A stretch of DNA of 38,986 nt from an uncultured Opitutales bacterium (GCA_964582055.1 CAZOPT010000004.1:1-38986), one strand, 5' to 3'. Positions 9,175-19,568 are shown, numbered from the stretch's first letter. The notes: generated by a model from the sequence alone, not told the origin. Translations and numbers: made by a program.

Positions 9175-10881
9175 TCAAAATTTGTTCAAAAATTTTTCAA
9201 AAAAGCGCGAAATATCTTGCGAATTACTAAAAGCCCACAATTTATCGGCAATAAAAGCTAAATCTTCTTTATTCAAATTACATAAAATAGACTTTAAACA
9301 TTCTACTTGATTATCATAAACACAAAAAGAACGAAAGCCCAGCGCCAACCCAACCAGAAACCCTTTAATAGAACTTGCCATTTCACCGCAAATCGTAATG
9401 GGCGTTTGTATTACGTGCGCATTTTCGTAAACCATTTTTAGCATTCTTAAAATAGAAGGATGCAAATCTCCATAACGCCTAGCTACCAAATTATTCGTAC
9501 GATCAGCCGCCAAAGTATATTGGACCAAATCATTTGTCCCCAAACTAAAAAATTGACAAAACTTACTTAAATGATCCATTAACAAAACCGCACTTGGAAT
9601 CTCTATCATAGAACCAATAGGAATAGAATCATCATAAGCAATTTTTTCATTTCTCAATTCCAATTTACATTCTTCCAATAAAGCATTAGCTTGTAACAAA
9701 TCCTCCGAGCCCGTAATCATCGGGTACAAAATCTGAACTTTACCGAAAGCACTTGCACGCAACATTGCACGTAATTGATGCTTAAAAAGCCCATCATTAT
9801 ACAAACAATACCTTATACCACGAATCCCCAAAAAAGGATTAGGCTCCTTTTGAACAGCCCCTTTTGCAATTTTATCACCACCAACATCCAATACACGCAG
9901 AACAACTGGAAAAGGGGCAAACTTTTCAACAACAGATTTATAAAATAAAAACTGCTCTTCTTCTTCAGGTATTTCATCTTTAGAAAGAAAAATAGATTCA
10001 GATCGTAACAAACCAATCCCCTTTATCTGATTTGAATTCATGAATTCTTTTGTTAAATGAGCATCATAAGAAAGCCAAAAATCTACATCTAAAACATTTT
10101 CTTGTGTTACACCTAACTTCTTTTTTCTTTCTGACTCCGTTAAATAATGATCAGCAAAAACCTTTGAAGGATTTATAAAAACTTTACCCGCAGAACCATC
10201 AACAAGTATAATGTCATGCGAAGAAACCTTCAAATGAATTCCTTCCACACCAACAACAATGGGAACATTTAAGCCACGCGCCACAATAATCGCATGAGAA
10301 TTCAAGCAAGTATTCGCCAAAACAATAGCTACGATTTCCTTATCCGATAAATCTACAACATCCGAAGGCTCAAGATTGTCTGCAACAATAATCTTACCTT
10401 GTAAATTCGCGTTTAATGGAGCTATAGAAGAAATAGAGAGCAAATTTTTCAAAATACGCGAAGTCACATCATCAAAATCTAAGCAACTTTCACGAACATG
10501 TAGCATTGCATGTCCCTTAAATTGCCGCATACAAACCTCAATAACATTTTTTAAGCAAAACTCTACATTATAAAGATTTGATTCAATCTCTTTATACAAA
10601 GCTTTTGACAAATAATTATCATCTAATAAGGCCAATTGTATTTCAAAAACTTCCGCTTCGTTTGTTCCCAATTTTTCCTTTACGTTTTTTTGACACTCCA
10701 ACAATTGAGTTTTTGTTAAATCAAGTGCAACTTGATATCGAACCCACTCAGATTCTATATCTTTGGGAGATATTCTATAACAAGGAACACCTAACAAGTC
10801 CTTCTGATAACAAAAAACCTGCCCCAAAACCTTTCCCCTTGTAATACCAATCCCTCTATAATTTCTAGAAGATTTCATCAT
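9175..10881 (-). CDS. ptsI: PTS enzyme I (PEP-protein phosphotransferase)
   Basis: NSHAIIVAR phospho-His, GIGLLRSE, RVLDVGGDK, EPNPFLGIRGIR, MIEIP, GTNDLVQY, ICGEMA. Confidence 0.93.
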   Translation of the reverse strand: MMKSSRNYRGIGITRGKVLGQVFCYQKDLLGVPCYRISPKDIESEWVRYQVALDLTKTQLLECQKNVKEKLGTNEAEVFEIQLALLDDNYLSKALYKEIESNLYNVEFCLKNVIEVCMRQFKGHAMLHVRESCLDFDDVTSRILKNLLSISSIAPLNANLQGKIIVADNLEPSDVVDLSDKEIVAIVLANTCLNSHAIIVARGLNVPIVVGVEGIHLKVSSHDIILVDGSAGKVFINPSKVFADHYLTESERKKKLGVTQENVLDVDFWLSYDAHLTKEFMNSNQIKGIGLLRSESIFLSKDEIPEEEEQFLFYKSVVEKFAPFPVVLRVLDVGGDKIAKGAVQKEPNPFLGIRGIRYCLYNDGLFKHQLRAMLRASAFGKVQILYPMITGSEDLLQANALLEECKLELRNEKIAYDDSIPIGSMIEIPSAVLLMDHLSKFCQFFSLGTNDLVQYTLAADRTNNLVARRYGDLHPSILRMLKMVYENAHVIQTPITICGEMASSIKGFLVGLALGFRSFCVYDNQVECLKSILCNLNKEDLAFIADKLWAFSNSQDISRFFEKFLNKF

Positions 10882-11199
10882 GTTGCAGTTAAAATAATAT
10901 CACACCTAATAGAATTGCAATCTTTTTTTTAAAATTTCTTCCACAACATTTCCTGGGTAATTCGTTTACTGTTGCAACAAATCTTTCATAACTCTTTTTT
11001 CTAATTTTCTTTAATATTTTTATTCTTTTTCGTAAAAGTTACATGAAAATTTCAATCATTACTCCATCAATATTTATTTACAACACAACAACTCATTAAA
11101 GAATATATATTTTTATAAAAAAATTTAAAAACATACCATAAAGCAAAATTAAACATAAAAAGATTTGACTTTAAACAATTTCATTACTAATTCTAAGCC

Positions 11200-13836
11200 A
11201 TGCACATTTTAGATGTTTCAATCATTATTGCGTTCTTAGTAGCAATTTTATACATAGGATTAGTATCTGGGAAAAAAATTAAAACTTTTGACAATTATAC
11301 AATTGGTAACCGTAAATTTTCCGATTTTGCCATTTGTTGCACAGTAGCAGCAACCGTCATTGGCGGAAGCTCAACCATGGGGAATGTTGGCATGGTTTAT
11401 AATGTAGGAATAATACAATTTTTAGCGCAATTCGGCGGATTAATGGCATATTTTGTTGTAGGAACATTTTTAGCACGTCGATTCAGTAAATATTATGGAT
11501 GTCATTCTCTAGGTGATATTTTTTATAAAGGTTACGGAACATTCGGAAAAGTTATAGCAGGAATTGCAGGTTGTTTTTACGAAATACTTCTAGTGAGTTT
11601 GCAGTTTACAGCCATGGGAACAGCCATTAGCGTATTAACCGGTTTTTCATACATAATTAGTCTCTTAATTTCAGCTGGAATTATTCTTATTTACACAGGA
11701 CGCGGAGGAATACGCGCAGTAACTTTTACTGATGTTTTACAATTAATCGTTTTAATTGTAGCTTTTCCAATTCTCTTAATATCTGTCCTTGGTGATATTG
11801 GAGGTTTACATGCGCTCATGGAACGTTTACCAAAATCGCATTTAACAATAATGAATGAACACCTTCCACGATATTTATTTTTTATGATTTTTATAGTACC
11901 AACACTCGCTCCACACCATATACAACGTTTGTTAATGATGAGAAATGGTAATCAAGGTGTAAAAGCTTATCGAAATGTAACGGCGATTTGCTTGTTTTTA
12001 GCAATTGTAGTAGTGTTTTTGGGTTTATCCGCAAAGGTTTTACTTCCCGATTTAGAGCAATATGATGATGCACTACTTACACTGATCATTAATTATTTAC
12101 CAACAGGTATTTTTGGAATAGCAGTTATCGGCATTTTAGCAGTTTTAATGTCTACAGCAGATTCTTATCTAAACATTGGAAGTATCATGTTAGTTAATGA
12201 TCTTATGGTACCTTATTTCAACTATAAAAAAAGAGATTTTTCAGATGCAGAAAAACTTAAATGGGCCCGTCGATTCTCTTTATTTATAGGATTAGGTGCC
12301 ATTATTTTTGCAAGTTTGCGCATCGGTATATTTGAATTGGGAATTTTAATTGAAGGTTTTTGGTTTTCTGCAATGCTAGTGCCTTTATATTTCCTGGTTT
12401 TTAACATGAAATTACCAATTAAACATTTTATTTTAAGTGCTAGTATTGGTTTATTTACTTTTATTTTTTGGGAAAACTTCATGAAACCTATAACTAATAT
12501 TGATAGTATTTTCCCAGGATTTCTTTCCAATATAATAATAGTATTTTTATTTTACATCCTGGGGGGACGTCAGAAAGTTTTTACAAAAAAAGAATTAGAC
12601 CATTTTCGTTATATTGAAGAAAAACAAACTGAAAAACATCCCAATTTTCAAGATTTACAAACTAAGAATAATACGTTTTTAGGTTTATGTCTTATATTTT
12701 TACAACTCATGCCTTTGGTACTTGAACCCAATAATTTGACCTATTCAAAGCTTTTGTTAATACTCATCAATAGTACTATGGCAATATTGCTTGTCTTTGG
12801 AAGTTCATTAGAGATATTTGCAAAACAAAATCGCTTAAAATGGTTGAAGTTAACAACGTTATTTTTCTGTTTGCCGATTACGTCCGCTTACCTCTTTCTG
12901 ACGTCTACTGAAAATGGATTAAGTATAATAGCCCTATTATTGTCCTTCATCGTTATGTTTTTAAGTGTTGAAAAGCAATATGAAGGTAAAATTATTTCAG
13001 TTTGTTTAGTAACTGCATTAATAACGACTATTATTTATTTCAAAACAAATTGTACGTTTTGCTGGCCTGAAATGTTTTACTGGCAACATACTTTCTATCT
13101 ATTTGGATACCTCGCTGTTCTACTTTTACTACATTCCAATTTAAACACTTTACGAAAAGAAAAAGAATTGGCAGTTTACTTAGAACGTTACAATATTGCT
13201 CGTAGTTTATCGCATGACATCATTACTCCGTTAATGGTTCTACGTCTGCTGCTTACCGATAAAAGCCCCAATAAACTGGATGAAAAAGAATGTAAACTTG
13301 TAACTAGTACGCTTGAAGAAATGGGGGCTTGTTTAGATGATTTTATCTCTGGAAGTTTAAAAAGCTATGACCAATTAACCTTAGAAAGCATTAATCAAAA
13401 CGTCATCAGTTGTATCGAAAAAAACAAAGTTTTATATAAAACAATAACAGTTCAAATGCAAGCAAAAGAAAATGTATTTGCTCGCGTGGATAGTCAATTA
13501 TTTCGAAGAACCTTAAACAATTTGATAGGTATTTGTATGGAGGCTTTACCTGAAGCCAGCAATACAGTTGTTATATCTGTTGGTCAAGATAAGTTCGGCA
13601 ATAAACAAATTCTATTAAAAAATGATTTAGGTAGCTTTTCCGCTAAAAAAATGGAAAGAGTTCTTAATAAAAATCAAAAACTAAGTGATGAATTACGATT
13701 TGGTATCGGTTTTCAAGAACTTCAAAATATTGTTCAAACTTGGCACGGAAAATTAGGAGTTTTATCCAATGATAATGAAGCTACTATTCAAATACTTTTG
13801 CCTAACGAAAAGAATCAATACATTATCGAATTTTAA
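11200..13836 (+). CDS. Sodium:solute symporter (SSS/PutP-like) fused to extra TM helices and a degenerate histidine-kinase-like domain
   Basis: SSS motifs (TVAATVIGG, YTGRGGIRAVTFTDVLQ, QRLLM, AVLMSTADSYLN). C-terminal H-box SLSHDIITPL, partial N-box RRTLNNLI and G2-like FGIGF...WHGKL. Confidence 0.85.
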   Translation: MHILDVSIIIAFLVAILYIGLVSGKKIKTFDNYTIGNRKFSDFAICCTVAATVIGGSSTMGNVGMVYNVGIIQFLAQFGGLMAYFVVGTFLARRFSKYYGCHSLGDIFYKGYGTFGKVIAGIAGCFYEILLVSLQFTAMGTAISVLTGFSYIISLLISAGIILIYTGRGGIRAVTFTDVLQLIVLIVAFPILLISVLGDIGGLHALMERLPKSHLTIMNEHLPRYLFFMIFIVPTLAPHHIQRLLMMRNGNQGVKAYRNVTAICLFLAIVVVFLGLSAKVLLPDLEQYDDALLTLIINYLPTGIFGIAVIGILAVLMSTADSYLNIGSIMLVNDLMVPYFNYKKRDFSDAEKLKWARRFSLFIGLGAIIFASLRIGIFELGILIEGFWFSAMLVPLYFLVFNMKLPIKHFILSASIGLFTFIFWENFMKPITNIDSIFPGFLSNIIIVFLFYILGGRQKVFTKKELDHFRYIEEKQTEKHPNFQDLQTKNNTFLGLCLIFLQLMPLVLEPNNLTYSKLLLILINSTMAILLVFGSSLEIFAKQNRLKWLKLTTLFFCLPITSAYLFLTSTENGLSIIALLLSFIVMFLSVEKQYEGKIISVCLVTALITTIIYFKTNCTFCWPEMFYWQHTFYLFGYLAVLLLLHSNLNTLRKEKELAVYLERYNIARSLSHDIITPLMVLRLLLTDKSPNKLDEKECKLVTSTLEEMGACLDDFISGSLKSYDQLTLESINQNVISCIEKNKVLYKTITVQMQAKENVFARVDSQLFRRTLNNLIGICMEALPEASNTVVISVGQDKFGNKQILLKNDLGSFSAKKMERVLNKNQKLSDELRFGIGFQELQNIVQTWHGKLGVLSNDNEATIQILLPNEKNQYIIEF

Positions 13837-13850
13837 GGATTGCTTAGTTT

Positions 13851-13896
13851 AACTTTAAGAATGAACTTTATAAAAAGTTCATTCTAGAAAGTTTTT
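13851..13896. terminator. Bidirectional terminator between the SSS gene and ogt
   Basis: AGAATGAACTTT-ATAA-AAAGTTCATTCT perfect 12-bp stem (13858-13885) between convergent genes. Confidence 0.65.
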
Positions 13897-13905
13897 ATAA
13901 TTTTC

Positions 13906-14367
13906 TTAATTAAAGCACTCAAAATCCAATAATTGTTGTTTTAATTTTAAGCCGCTTGCGTATCCAACTAACTTACCGTTAGACCCAATAACACGATGGC
14001 AAGGAATAATAATAGGAACTGGATTATAATGATTAGCCCTACCAACAGCTCGTACAGCTTTAGGATTTCCAATCGCAATAGCAATTTGTTGATATGTCCG
14101 AGTTTCTCCAAAAGGTATTTGCCGAAGCACATTCCAAACTTTCAATTGAAACGCTGTACCCTTTAAATCTAGCGGAAGATTACATTGAGGTTTTGCTTTG
14201 GCAAAAAAGGCATCCAAATAATGTTTTGCGGCCCCTAAATAAGGATGCTGATGTTCTTCTCCATAGAATTTAGCATTAAAAAGAAATCGAATTGTACAAA
14301 TCCCTTTTTCGGTAGTACAAATTTGCAAATTTCCAACAGGAGAATTATATGTAGCATAAAACAGCAT
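13906..14367 (-). CDS. ogt: Methylated-DNA--protein-cysteine methyltransferase
   Basis: GTAFQLKVW, IPFGETRTY, RAVGRA, IPCHRVIG. Confidence 0.95.
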   Translation of the reverse strand: MLFYATYNSPVGNLQICTTEKGICTIRFLFNAKFYGEEHQHPYLGAAKHYLDAFFAKAKPQCNLPLDLKGTAFQLKVWNVLRQIPFGETRTYQQIAIAIGNPKAVRAVGRANHYNPVPIIIPCHRVIGSNGKLVGYASGLKLKQQLLDFECFN

Positions 14368-14370
14368 TTT

Positions 14371-14793
14371 TTAAGAAAATACAACACGAATTTTGCGAAA
14401 ATTTTCAGGTAAAATTTCGAGCGTAATATGAGCATCAAAACAAATGGGAAGATTTAAGCATTCTGGCCATTCAACAACAATGCAAAATGGCGGAACACAA
14501 AGATCATCCCAATCAAATGGATTTTTTATATCGGGTTTAAGTCGGTAAGCATCGATATGAATAAGTGTTCGATCGCCTTTATGTACATCCAAAATGCTAA
14601 AGGATGGACTTTTAACAGTATTAATATGCCAAGCTTTACCTAAAGCTCGTGTAAATGTTGTTTTTCCGGCTCCCAATGTTCCATGAAGCGCTATCGAATA
14701 CTCACTGGGACATTGCCTAGCAAACCTTTGGGCGTAATTTGAAAAATCAGATTCGGTTTTTGCTATATAATCTATAGGTATATCTTCCATCAT
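14371..14793 (-). CDS. tsaE: t6A biosynthesis ATPase TsaE
   Basis: GTLGAGKTT, SPSF, HIDAYRL, VEWPE. Confidence 0.93.
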   Translation of the reverse strand: MMEDIPIDYIAKTESDFSNYAQRFARQCPSEYSIALHGTLGAGKTTFTRALGKAWHINTVKSPSFSILDVHKGDRTLIHIDAYRLKPDIKNPFDWDDLCVPPFCIVVEWPECLNLPICFDAHITLEILPENFRKIRVVFS

Positions 14794-15599
14794 TTTGCCA
14801 TAAAAATAAGTATAAAATTAGTACCATTAAAAAGCGCATGCAGACCGATATTCGTTCGTAAATCTCCTGTTTTTACATAATAATAACCTAACCAATAACC
14901 TAAAAAAAGCAAAGGTAAAAACGAAGCAAAATGTTGATGACTTACAGCAAAAATAAACGCACTTACCCATAAAGCTTTACGCAGAGACATGTGCACACTT
15001 AAAAAACGCAAAAGTATACCCCTAAAAAATAATTCTTCACAAATAGGCGCAAGAACAATGATACTTGTCCCTATAAATACTTTTGTAAGAAACAAAGTTT
15101 CATTCTCGGCCAATAAACGAATAATAGGTTGTGTTTCTATAACGATTGGCAAGCCGTAATAAACCATTAGAAGCATTCCATAATACCAAAAAACAGTCAC
15201 TAAAAACAATAAAGGTAGACTTTCACAATAGCCCACAAAAGCCCATTTACACCAATTGTTTTTAGAAAAATTTGGACATAAATTTTCACCTATTAAAGGA
15301 TTTTTTTTAATTAAAAAATATAAAAAAACACACAAAACAAGTTCGCTAATAAAAGCTAAAAACAAGCTCAAATCTAAATGCGAAACCTCTGTTACTTTTC
15401 TAAACAATAAAACTCCTATTTGTTGGATAAAAAACGGAATTAACAAAAAACAAAAAAAAGGGAAAAAAACTCTACATCCACTTATATTAAGAGGAAATAA
15501 ATGGAAAGACGTATTTTCTTTTTTCAATAAGCACTGAATGAACGATGTTAGCCCAAAAATAAAACAAAAAAATACCCAAAACAAACAGATCTGTTGCAT
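14790..15599 (-). CDS. CPBP (CAAX/Abi) family intramembrane metalloprotease
   Basis: APICEELFFRG, FAVSH, HALFN and multiple TM helices. Confidence 0.88.
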   Translation of the reverse strand: MQQICLFWVFFCFIFGLTSFIQCLLKKENTSFHLFPLNISGCRVFFPFFCFLLIPFFIQQIGVLLFRKVTEVSHLDLSLFLAFISELVLCVFLYFLIKKNPLIGENLCPNFSKNNWCKWAFVGYCESLPLLFLVTVFWYYGMLLMVYYGLPIVIETQPIIRLLAENETLFLTKVFIGTSIIVLAPICEELFFRGILLRFLSVHMSLRKALWVSAFIFAVSHQHFASFLPLLFLGYWLGYYYVKTGDLRTNIGLHALFNGTNFILIFMAK

Positions 15600-15673
15600 A
15601 TTGTACTTAGTTTATAAAACAGTTTTTATTGTTTTGGCGAGATAAAATATAGAAAAAAGTAAATTTATAGAAC

Positions 15674-15702
15674 TTGCCATTTTTAGTAAAACTAGCTATA
15701 GT
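15674..15702 (+). promoter_or_regulatory. Putative sigma70 promoter of glgA
   Basis: TTGCCA, 17 nt, TATAGT, ending 15 nt upstream of the ATG. Confidence 0.6.
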
Positions 15703-15717
15703 TTTAATGGAAATACA

Positions 15718-17148
15718 ATGAAAATTTTAATGGTAAGTCCAGAGTGTTACCCTTTTGCAAAAGTAGGAGGGCTAGGGGATGTTGTGGGTGCACTCCCCAA
15801 ATATTTAAAACAATTAGGGCATGATGTACGCATTATTTTGCCTTTATATGGATCTATACAACCGCAAGAAGATTGGATTCATTACGACAACATCACCGTT
15901 CATTTAGGAAGCCATAAACGTTTATGTCGTGTTTGGAAATATAGGAAAGATCTTATTTATTATTTTGTAGATTATCAACAGTATTTTGGTTCAGAAAACA
16001 TCTACGCTTGTGACAATAACGGCGAACGTTTTGCATTTTTTTCACGTGCTATTTTGGACATTTGTAAAACATTTGCTTGGTTTCCAGATGTCATTCACTG
16101 CCATGATTGGACAACAGGGCTTCTTCCTGTTTTTTTAAATACGACTGAACGAGAATCAAAATTAAGGCAAATAGCTACTGTTTTTACCATCCATAACTTA
16201 GAACATCAAGGACTTTTTTCGCCTGATATTTTAGCTTATGCAGGCATTCCTTTCTCTGAATACCGATCGGATAGTCTAGAAGCTTTAGGCGCGATTAATT
16301 TCATGAAAGGTGCACTGTATCACGCAACAAAATTGACAACTGTTAGCCCCACATATGCCCAAGAAATTCGAACCAAAGAACACGGCTGTGGGCTTGATGA
16401 CGTCTTACGTTTTAAGGCAGCAGATTTAATTGGCATTTTGAACGGCATTGATACTGATTTATGGAATCCAGCTACCGATCCTTTGATTGCAGCCAATTTC
16501 TCACTTAAAAATCTTACCGGTAAAGCAATTTGTAAGCAAGCTTTGCAACAACGATTTGGTCTTCCTGAACGCGATGTTCCACTGTTTGGCGTTGTAAGTC
16601 GACTTTATCACCAAAAAGGTTTGGATGTTTTGATGGCCATTTTACCGCATTTGTTTGAGCACATGGAGTTTCAAATCGTATTTTTAGGAAATGGAGAACC
16701 CTCTTGGCAAAGAACACTTAACCATTTAGCTTTACAATTTCCACAAAAAATGCGTGTTTATATCGGTTATGACGGATCTTTAGCACATCAAATCGAAGCT
16801 GGATGTGACGTATTTGTGATGCCAAGTCGGTTTGAACCCTGTGGTCTAAACCAAATGTATTCAATGCGTTATGGAACGTTGCCGCTGATTCGTAAAACAG
16901 GTGGATTAGCAGATACTGTCGAAAATTTAGACGAACAAAATGGAAAAGGCTGTGGATTTTGTTTCGACCATCTCACAAATGATGCACTTTACAACACAAT
17001 TGGCTGGGCTTGTGCAACCTATTTTGACAAAAGAACTACTTTTGAACAAATGCGCCAACAAGCAATGGCCAAAGATTTTAGTTGGCATACTTCCGCAAAA
17101 CAGTATGAATCGGTCTATCAGTGGGCAATTGAACAACGTAGACATTGA
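15718..17148 (+). CDS. glgA: Glycogen synthase (GT5)
   Basis: KVGGLGDV, HCHDW, TIHNL, VSRLYHQKG, PSRFEPCGLNQ, TGGLADTV. Confidence 0.96.
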   Translation: MKILMVSPECYPFAKVGGLGDVVGALPKYLKQLGHDVRIILPLYGSIQPQEDWIHYDNITVHLGSHKRLCRVWKYRKDLIYYFVDYQQYFGSENIYACDNNGERFAFFSRAILDICKTFAWFPDVIHCHDWTTGLLPVFLNTTERESKLRQIATVFTIHNLEHQGLFSPDILAYAGIPFSEYRSDSLEALGAINFMKGALYHATKLTTVSPTYAQEIRTKEHGCGLDDVLRFKAADLIGILNGIDTDLWNPATDPLIAANFSLKNLTGKAICKQALQQRFGLPERDVPLFGVVSRLYHQKGLDVLMAILPHLFEHMEFQIVFLGNGEPSWQRTLNHLALQFPQKMRVYIGYDGSLAHQIEAGCDVFVMPSRFEPCGLNQMYSMRYGTLPLIRKTGGLADTVENLDEQNGKGCGFCFDHLTNDALYNTIGWACATYFDKRTTFEQMRQQAMAKDFSWHTSAKQYESVYQWAIEQRRH

Positions 17149-17173
17149 AAGATTTTTTATAAAAAGTTTCCTC

Positions 17174-18187
17174 CTAATCAAACCATGTCTGAAACTCAGA
17201 ATTTAACTGTAAGATTTGCCAACCTTTCGGAGTTAATTGCCGACCTTGGGATGTCCGTTGAATATATCCCTCTTGAATAAGAAAAGGTTCATGGACTTCA
17301 GCTAAAGTTTCTGCTTCTTCACCAACAGCAATCGCAAGCGTATTGACACCAACCGGCTTCCCATGAAAATGATTAGCGAGCACAAACAAAATCTTTTTAT
17401 CCAATTCATCCAAGCCATTTTCGTCGATATCAAGCAATGCTAAAGCTTGTTCTGCTACCGTTTTATCAACATTTGCAACTTTTTTCTGCTGAGCAAAATC
17501 TCGCACAAAATGAATTAAATTATTAGCAATACGCGGAGTACCTCTTGAACGTGAAGCAATTTCGTAAGCCCCTTCTGCCTTTATAGTAACATCTAAAATT
17601 TTGGCAGATCGAAGAATAATAGCCGTTAAATCTTCCTTATTGTAATAATCAAGCCGCGTTTGTAAAGTAAAACGGCTACGTAAAGGTGCTGTCAATAAAC
17701 CACTGCGCGTTGTTGCTCCAAGCAAGGTAAATCGCGGAATATTCAAGCGAACACTACGCGCGTTTGGACCTTGATCGATCATAATATCGATACAAAAATC
17801 TTCCATTGCTGAAAAGAGATATTCTTCTACGGTCTTTGGCAAACGATGAATCTCGTCAATAAATAAAACGTCTCGTTCATTTAAATTCGTCAGTAAACCC
17901 GCTAAATCGGCAGCTTTTTCAATAATAGGCCCAGAAGTTACATGAACACCTACCCCCATTTCATTACCCAAAATATGCGCTAAGGTTGTCTTACCTAAAC
18001 CTGGAGGACCACTGAGCAAGATATGATTTAGCGTATCCTGGCGCGACCTAGCCGCTCCTACCATAATTTTGAGTCGCTCTACCGTTTTTGCTTGTCCAAT
18101 AAAATCCGAAAAACTTAAAGGCCGAAGCTTATTTTCTTCGGACGGATTGGCTTGATTAAACACCTCACAAGGAGCTTTAGTCTGCAT
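17174..18187 (-). CDS. ruvB: Holliday junction helicase RuvB
   Basis: LRP..F..GQ, GPPGLGKTT, FIDEIHRL, GATTR, SRGTPRIAN. Confidence 0.98.
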   Translation of the reverse strand: MQTKAPCEVFNQANPSEENKLRPLSFSDFIGQAKTVERLKIMVGAARSRQDTLNHILLSGPPGLGKTTLAHILGNEMGVGVHVTSGPIIEKAADLAGLLTNLNERDVLFIDEIHRLPKTVEEYLFSAMEDFCIDIMIDQGPNARSVRLNIPRFTLLGATTRSGLLTAPLRSRFTLQTRLDYYNKEDLTAIILRSAKILDVTIKAEGAYEIASRSRGTPRIANNLIHFVRDFAQQKKVANVDKTVAEQALALLDIDENGLDELDKKILFVLANHFHGKPVGVNTLAIAVGEEAETLAEVHEPFLIQEGYIQRTSQGRQLTPKGWQILQLNSEFQTWFD

Positions 18188-19562
18188 TTTTAAATTCAGC
18201 CGCTAATTGTGTTAAGGTTGATTTAGCATCACCATAAATCATGCGAGTATTATCCTTTGTAAATAATTCGTTCTCTAAGCCAGAAAAGCCTTTTCCTTGA
18301 CCACGCTTAAGAACAAAAATCGTACGCGCATTGAACACTTCTAAAATGGGCATTCCATAAAGTGGTGAATCTGGATTTTCAACAGCTGCCGGATTAACAA
18401 CATCATTAGCACCCACAACAATAGCCACATCGGTATCCACAAAACGCGCATTAGCAGTTTCCAACTCTGTCAATTGATCGTAATCCACATCAGCTTCGGC
18501 TAATAACACATTCATATGGCCTGGCATACGTCCTGCAACCGGATGGATTGCGTAAAATACATCTGCACCATTTGCCATAAAACGTTGTGCTAAATCCTTA
18601 ACAGCATGCTGCGCTTGAGCTACTGCTAAACCATAACCAGGAACAATAGCAACTGTACGAGCAGCTTCAAGAATGTAATAAGCATCTTCAACACTGATTG
18701 TCTTGGGCTCTAATTGCGTTCCAGTTTGCTTTTTAGCTTGTTTTTGAGAAAATCCTCCTAACAAAACTTTTTGCACAGAACGATTCATGGATTTACACAT
18801 AATAAGCGTTAAAATTAAACCACTTGTTCCTACCAAACAACCTGCCACAATAAGTACCTTATTCAACAGAATTAAACCAGCCGCACCTGCTGCAATACCT
18901 GACAAACTATTCAATAAAGAAATAATCACAGGCATATCACCACCTCCAATATGCAAGACGAATAGACCACCTCCTAATGTACTCAGTATGATTAAGGTAT
19001 AAAAAGCCCAAACATTATGCGTATAAATCCATTCACAAGAGGCTAACACCAACAATACAACGAGAAAAGCATCAGCCCATTTTTGGCCATAAAAACAGAT
19101 GGAGCCTGTTGGAATCTTTTGACTCAATTTACCATAAGCAATCAAACTTCCTGTAAACGTAATGGCACCAATAATGATGGTTAAGCACGTTGCAACTTGG
19201 GAAAAATAAAGCTGAAAATCATAATAAAACTGTGGAATGTAGTTTAATTTAATCCCCTCAACAATACCTACCGCAACACTAGCCAAACCTCCAAAACCAT
19301 TGAATAAGGCCACCATTTCCGGCATTGCAGTCATTTGCACACGAATCGCCATCAAAAGCCCCACATAAGCTCCTGCAAAGGCAACAACAAACGTAAATGT
19401 TAAATTCTGTGGAGGGAATCGAAGTAAAGTTACTAAAATCGCTAAAAACATACCAACTGCTGAGATAAGATTACCTTTGCGGGCAGAAGCTGTTTTTCCG
19501 AGTAATTTAATTCCCCAAATTAATAAAATGGCTGAAACAATATAAACAAAATCGCTATTCAC
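18177..19562 (-). CDS. pntB: NAD(P) transhydrogenase beta subunit
   Basis: MTAMPEMVA, GGDMPVIISLLNS, PGYGLAVAQ, IHPVAGRMPGHMNVLLAEA, GANDVVNPAA. Confidence 0.96.
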   Translation of the reverse strand: MNSDFVYIVSAILLIWGIKLLGKTASARKGNLISAVGMFLAILVTLLRFPPQNLTFTFVVAFAGAYVGLLMAIRVQMTAMPEMVALFNGFGGLASVAVGIVEGIKLNYIPQFYYDFQLYFSQVATCLTIIIGAITFTGSLIAYGKLSQKIPTGSICFYGQKWADAFLVVLLVLASCEWIYTHNVWAFYTLIILSTLGGGLFVLHIGGGDMPVIISLLNSLSGIAAGAAGLILLNKVLIVAGCLVGTSGLILTLIMCKSMNRSVQKVLLGGFSQKQAKKQTGTQLEPKTISVEDAYYILEAARTVAIVPGYGLAVAQAQHAVKDLAQRFMANGADVFYAIHPVAGRMPGHMNVLLAEADVDYDQLTELETANARFVDTDVAIVVGANDVVNPAAVENPDSPLYGMPILEVFNARTIFVLKRGQGKGFSGLENELFTKDNTRMIYGDAKSTLTQLAAEFKNAD

Positions 19563-19568
19563 AATTAC

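Noticed and set aside
10882-11199. Possible oriC or dif in long AT-rich spacers (also 19857-19943)
   Set aside because: No clustered TTATCCACA boxes and no complete XerC/XerD site.
14790-15599. CPBP/Abi protein as a phage-defence or bacteriocin-immunity locus
   Set aside because: Coupled to tsaE-ogt in a housekeeping context with no bacteriocin or defence partners.
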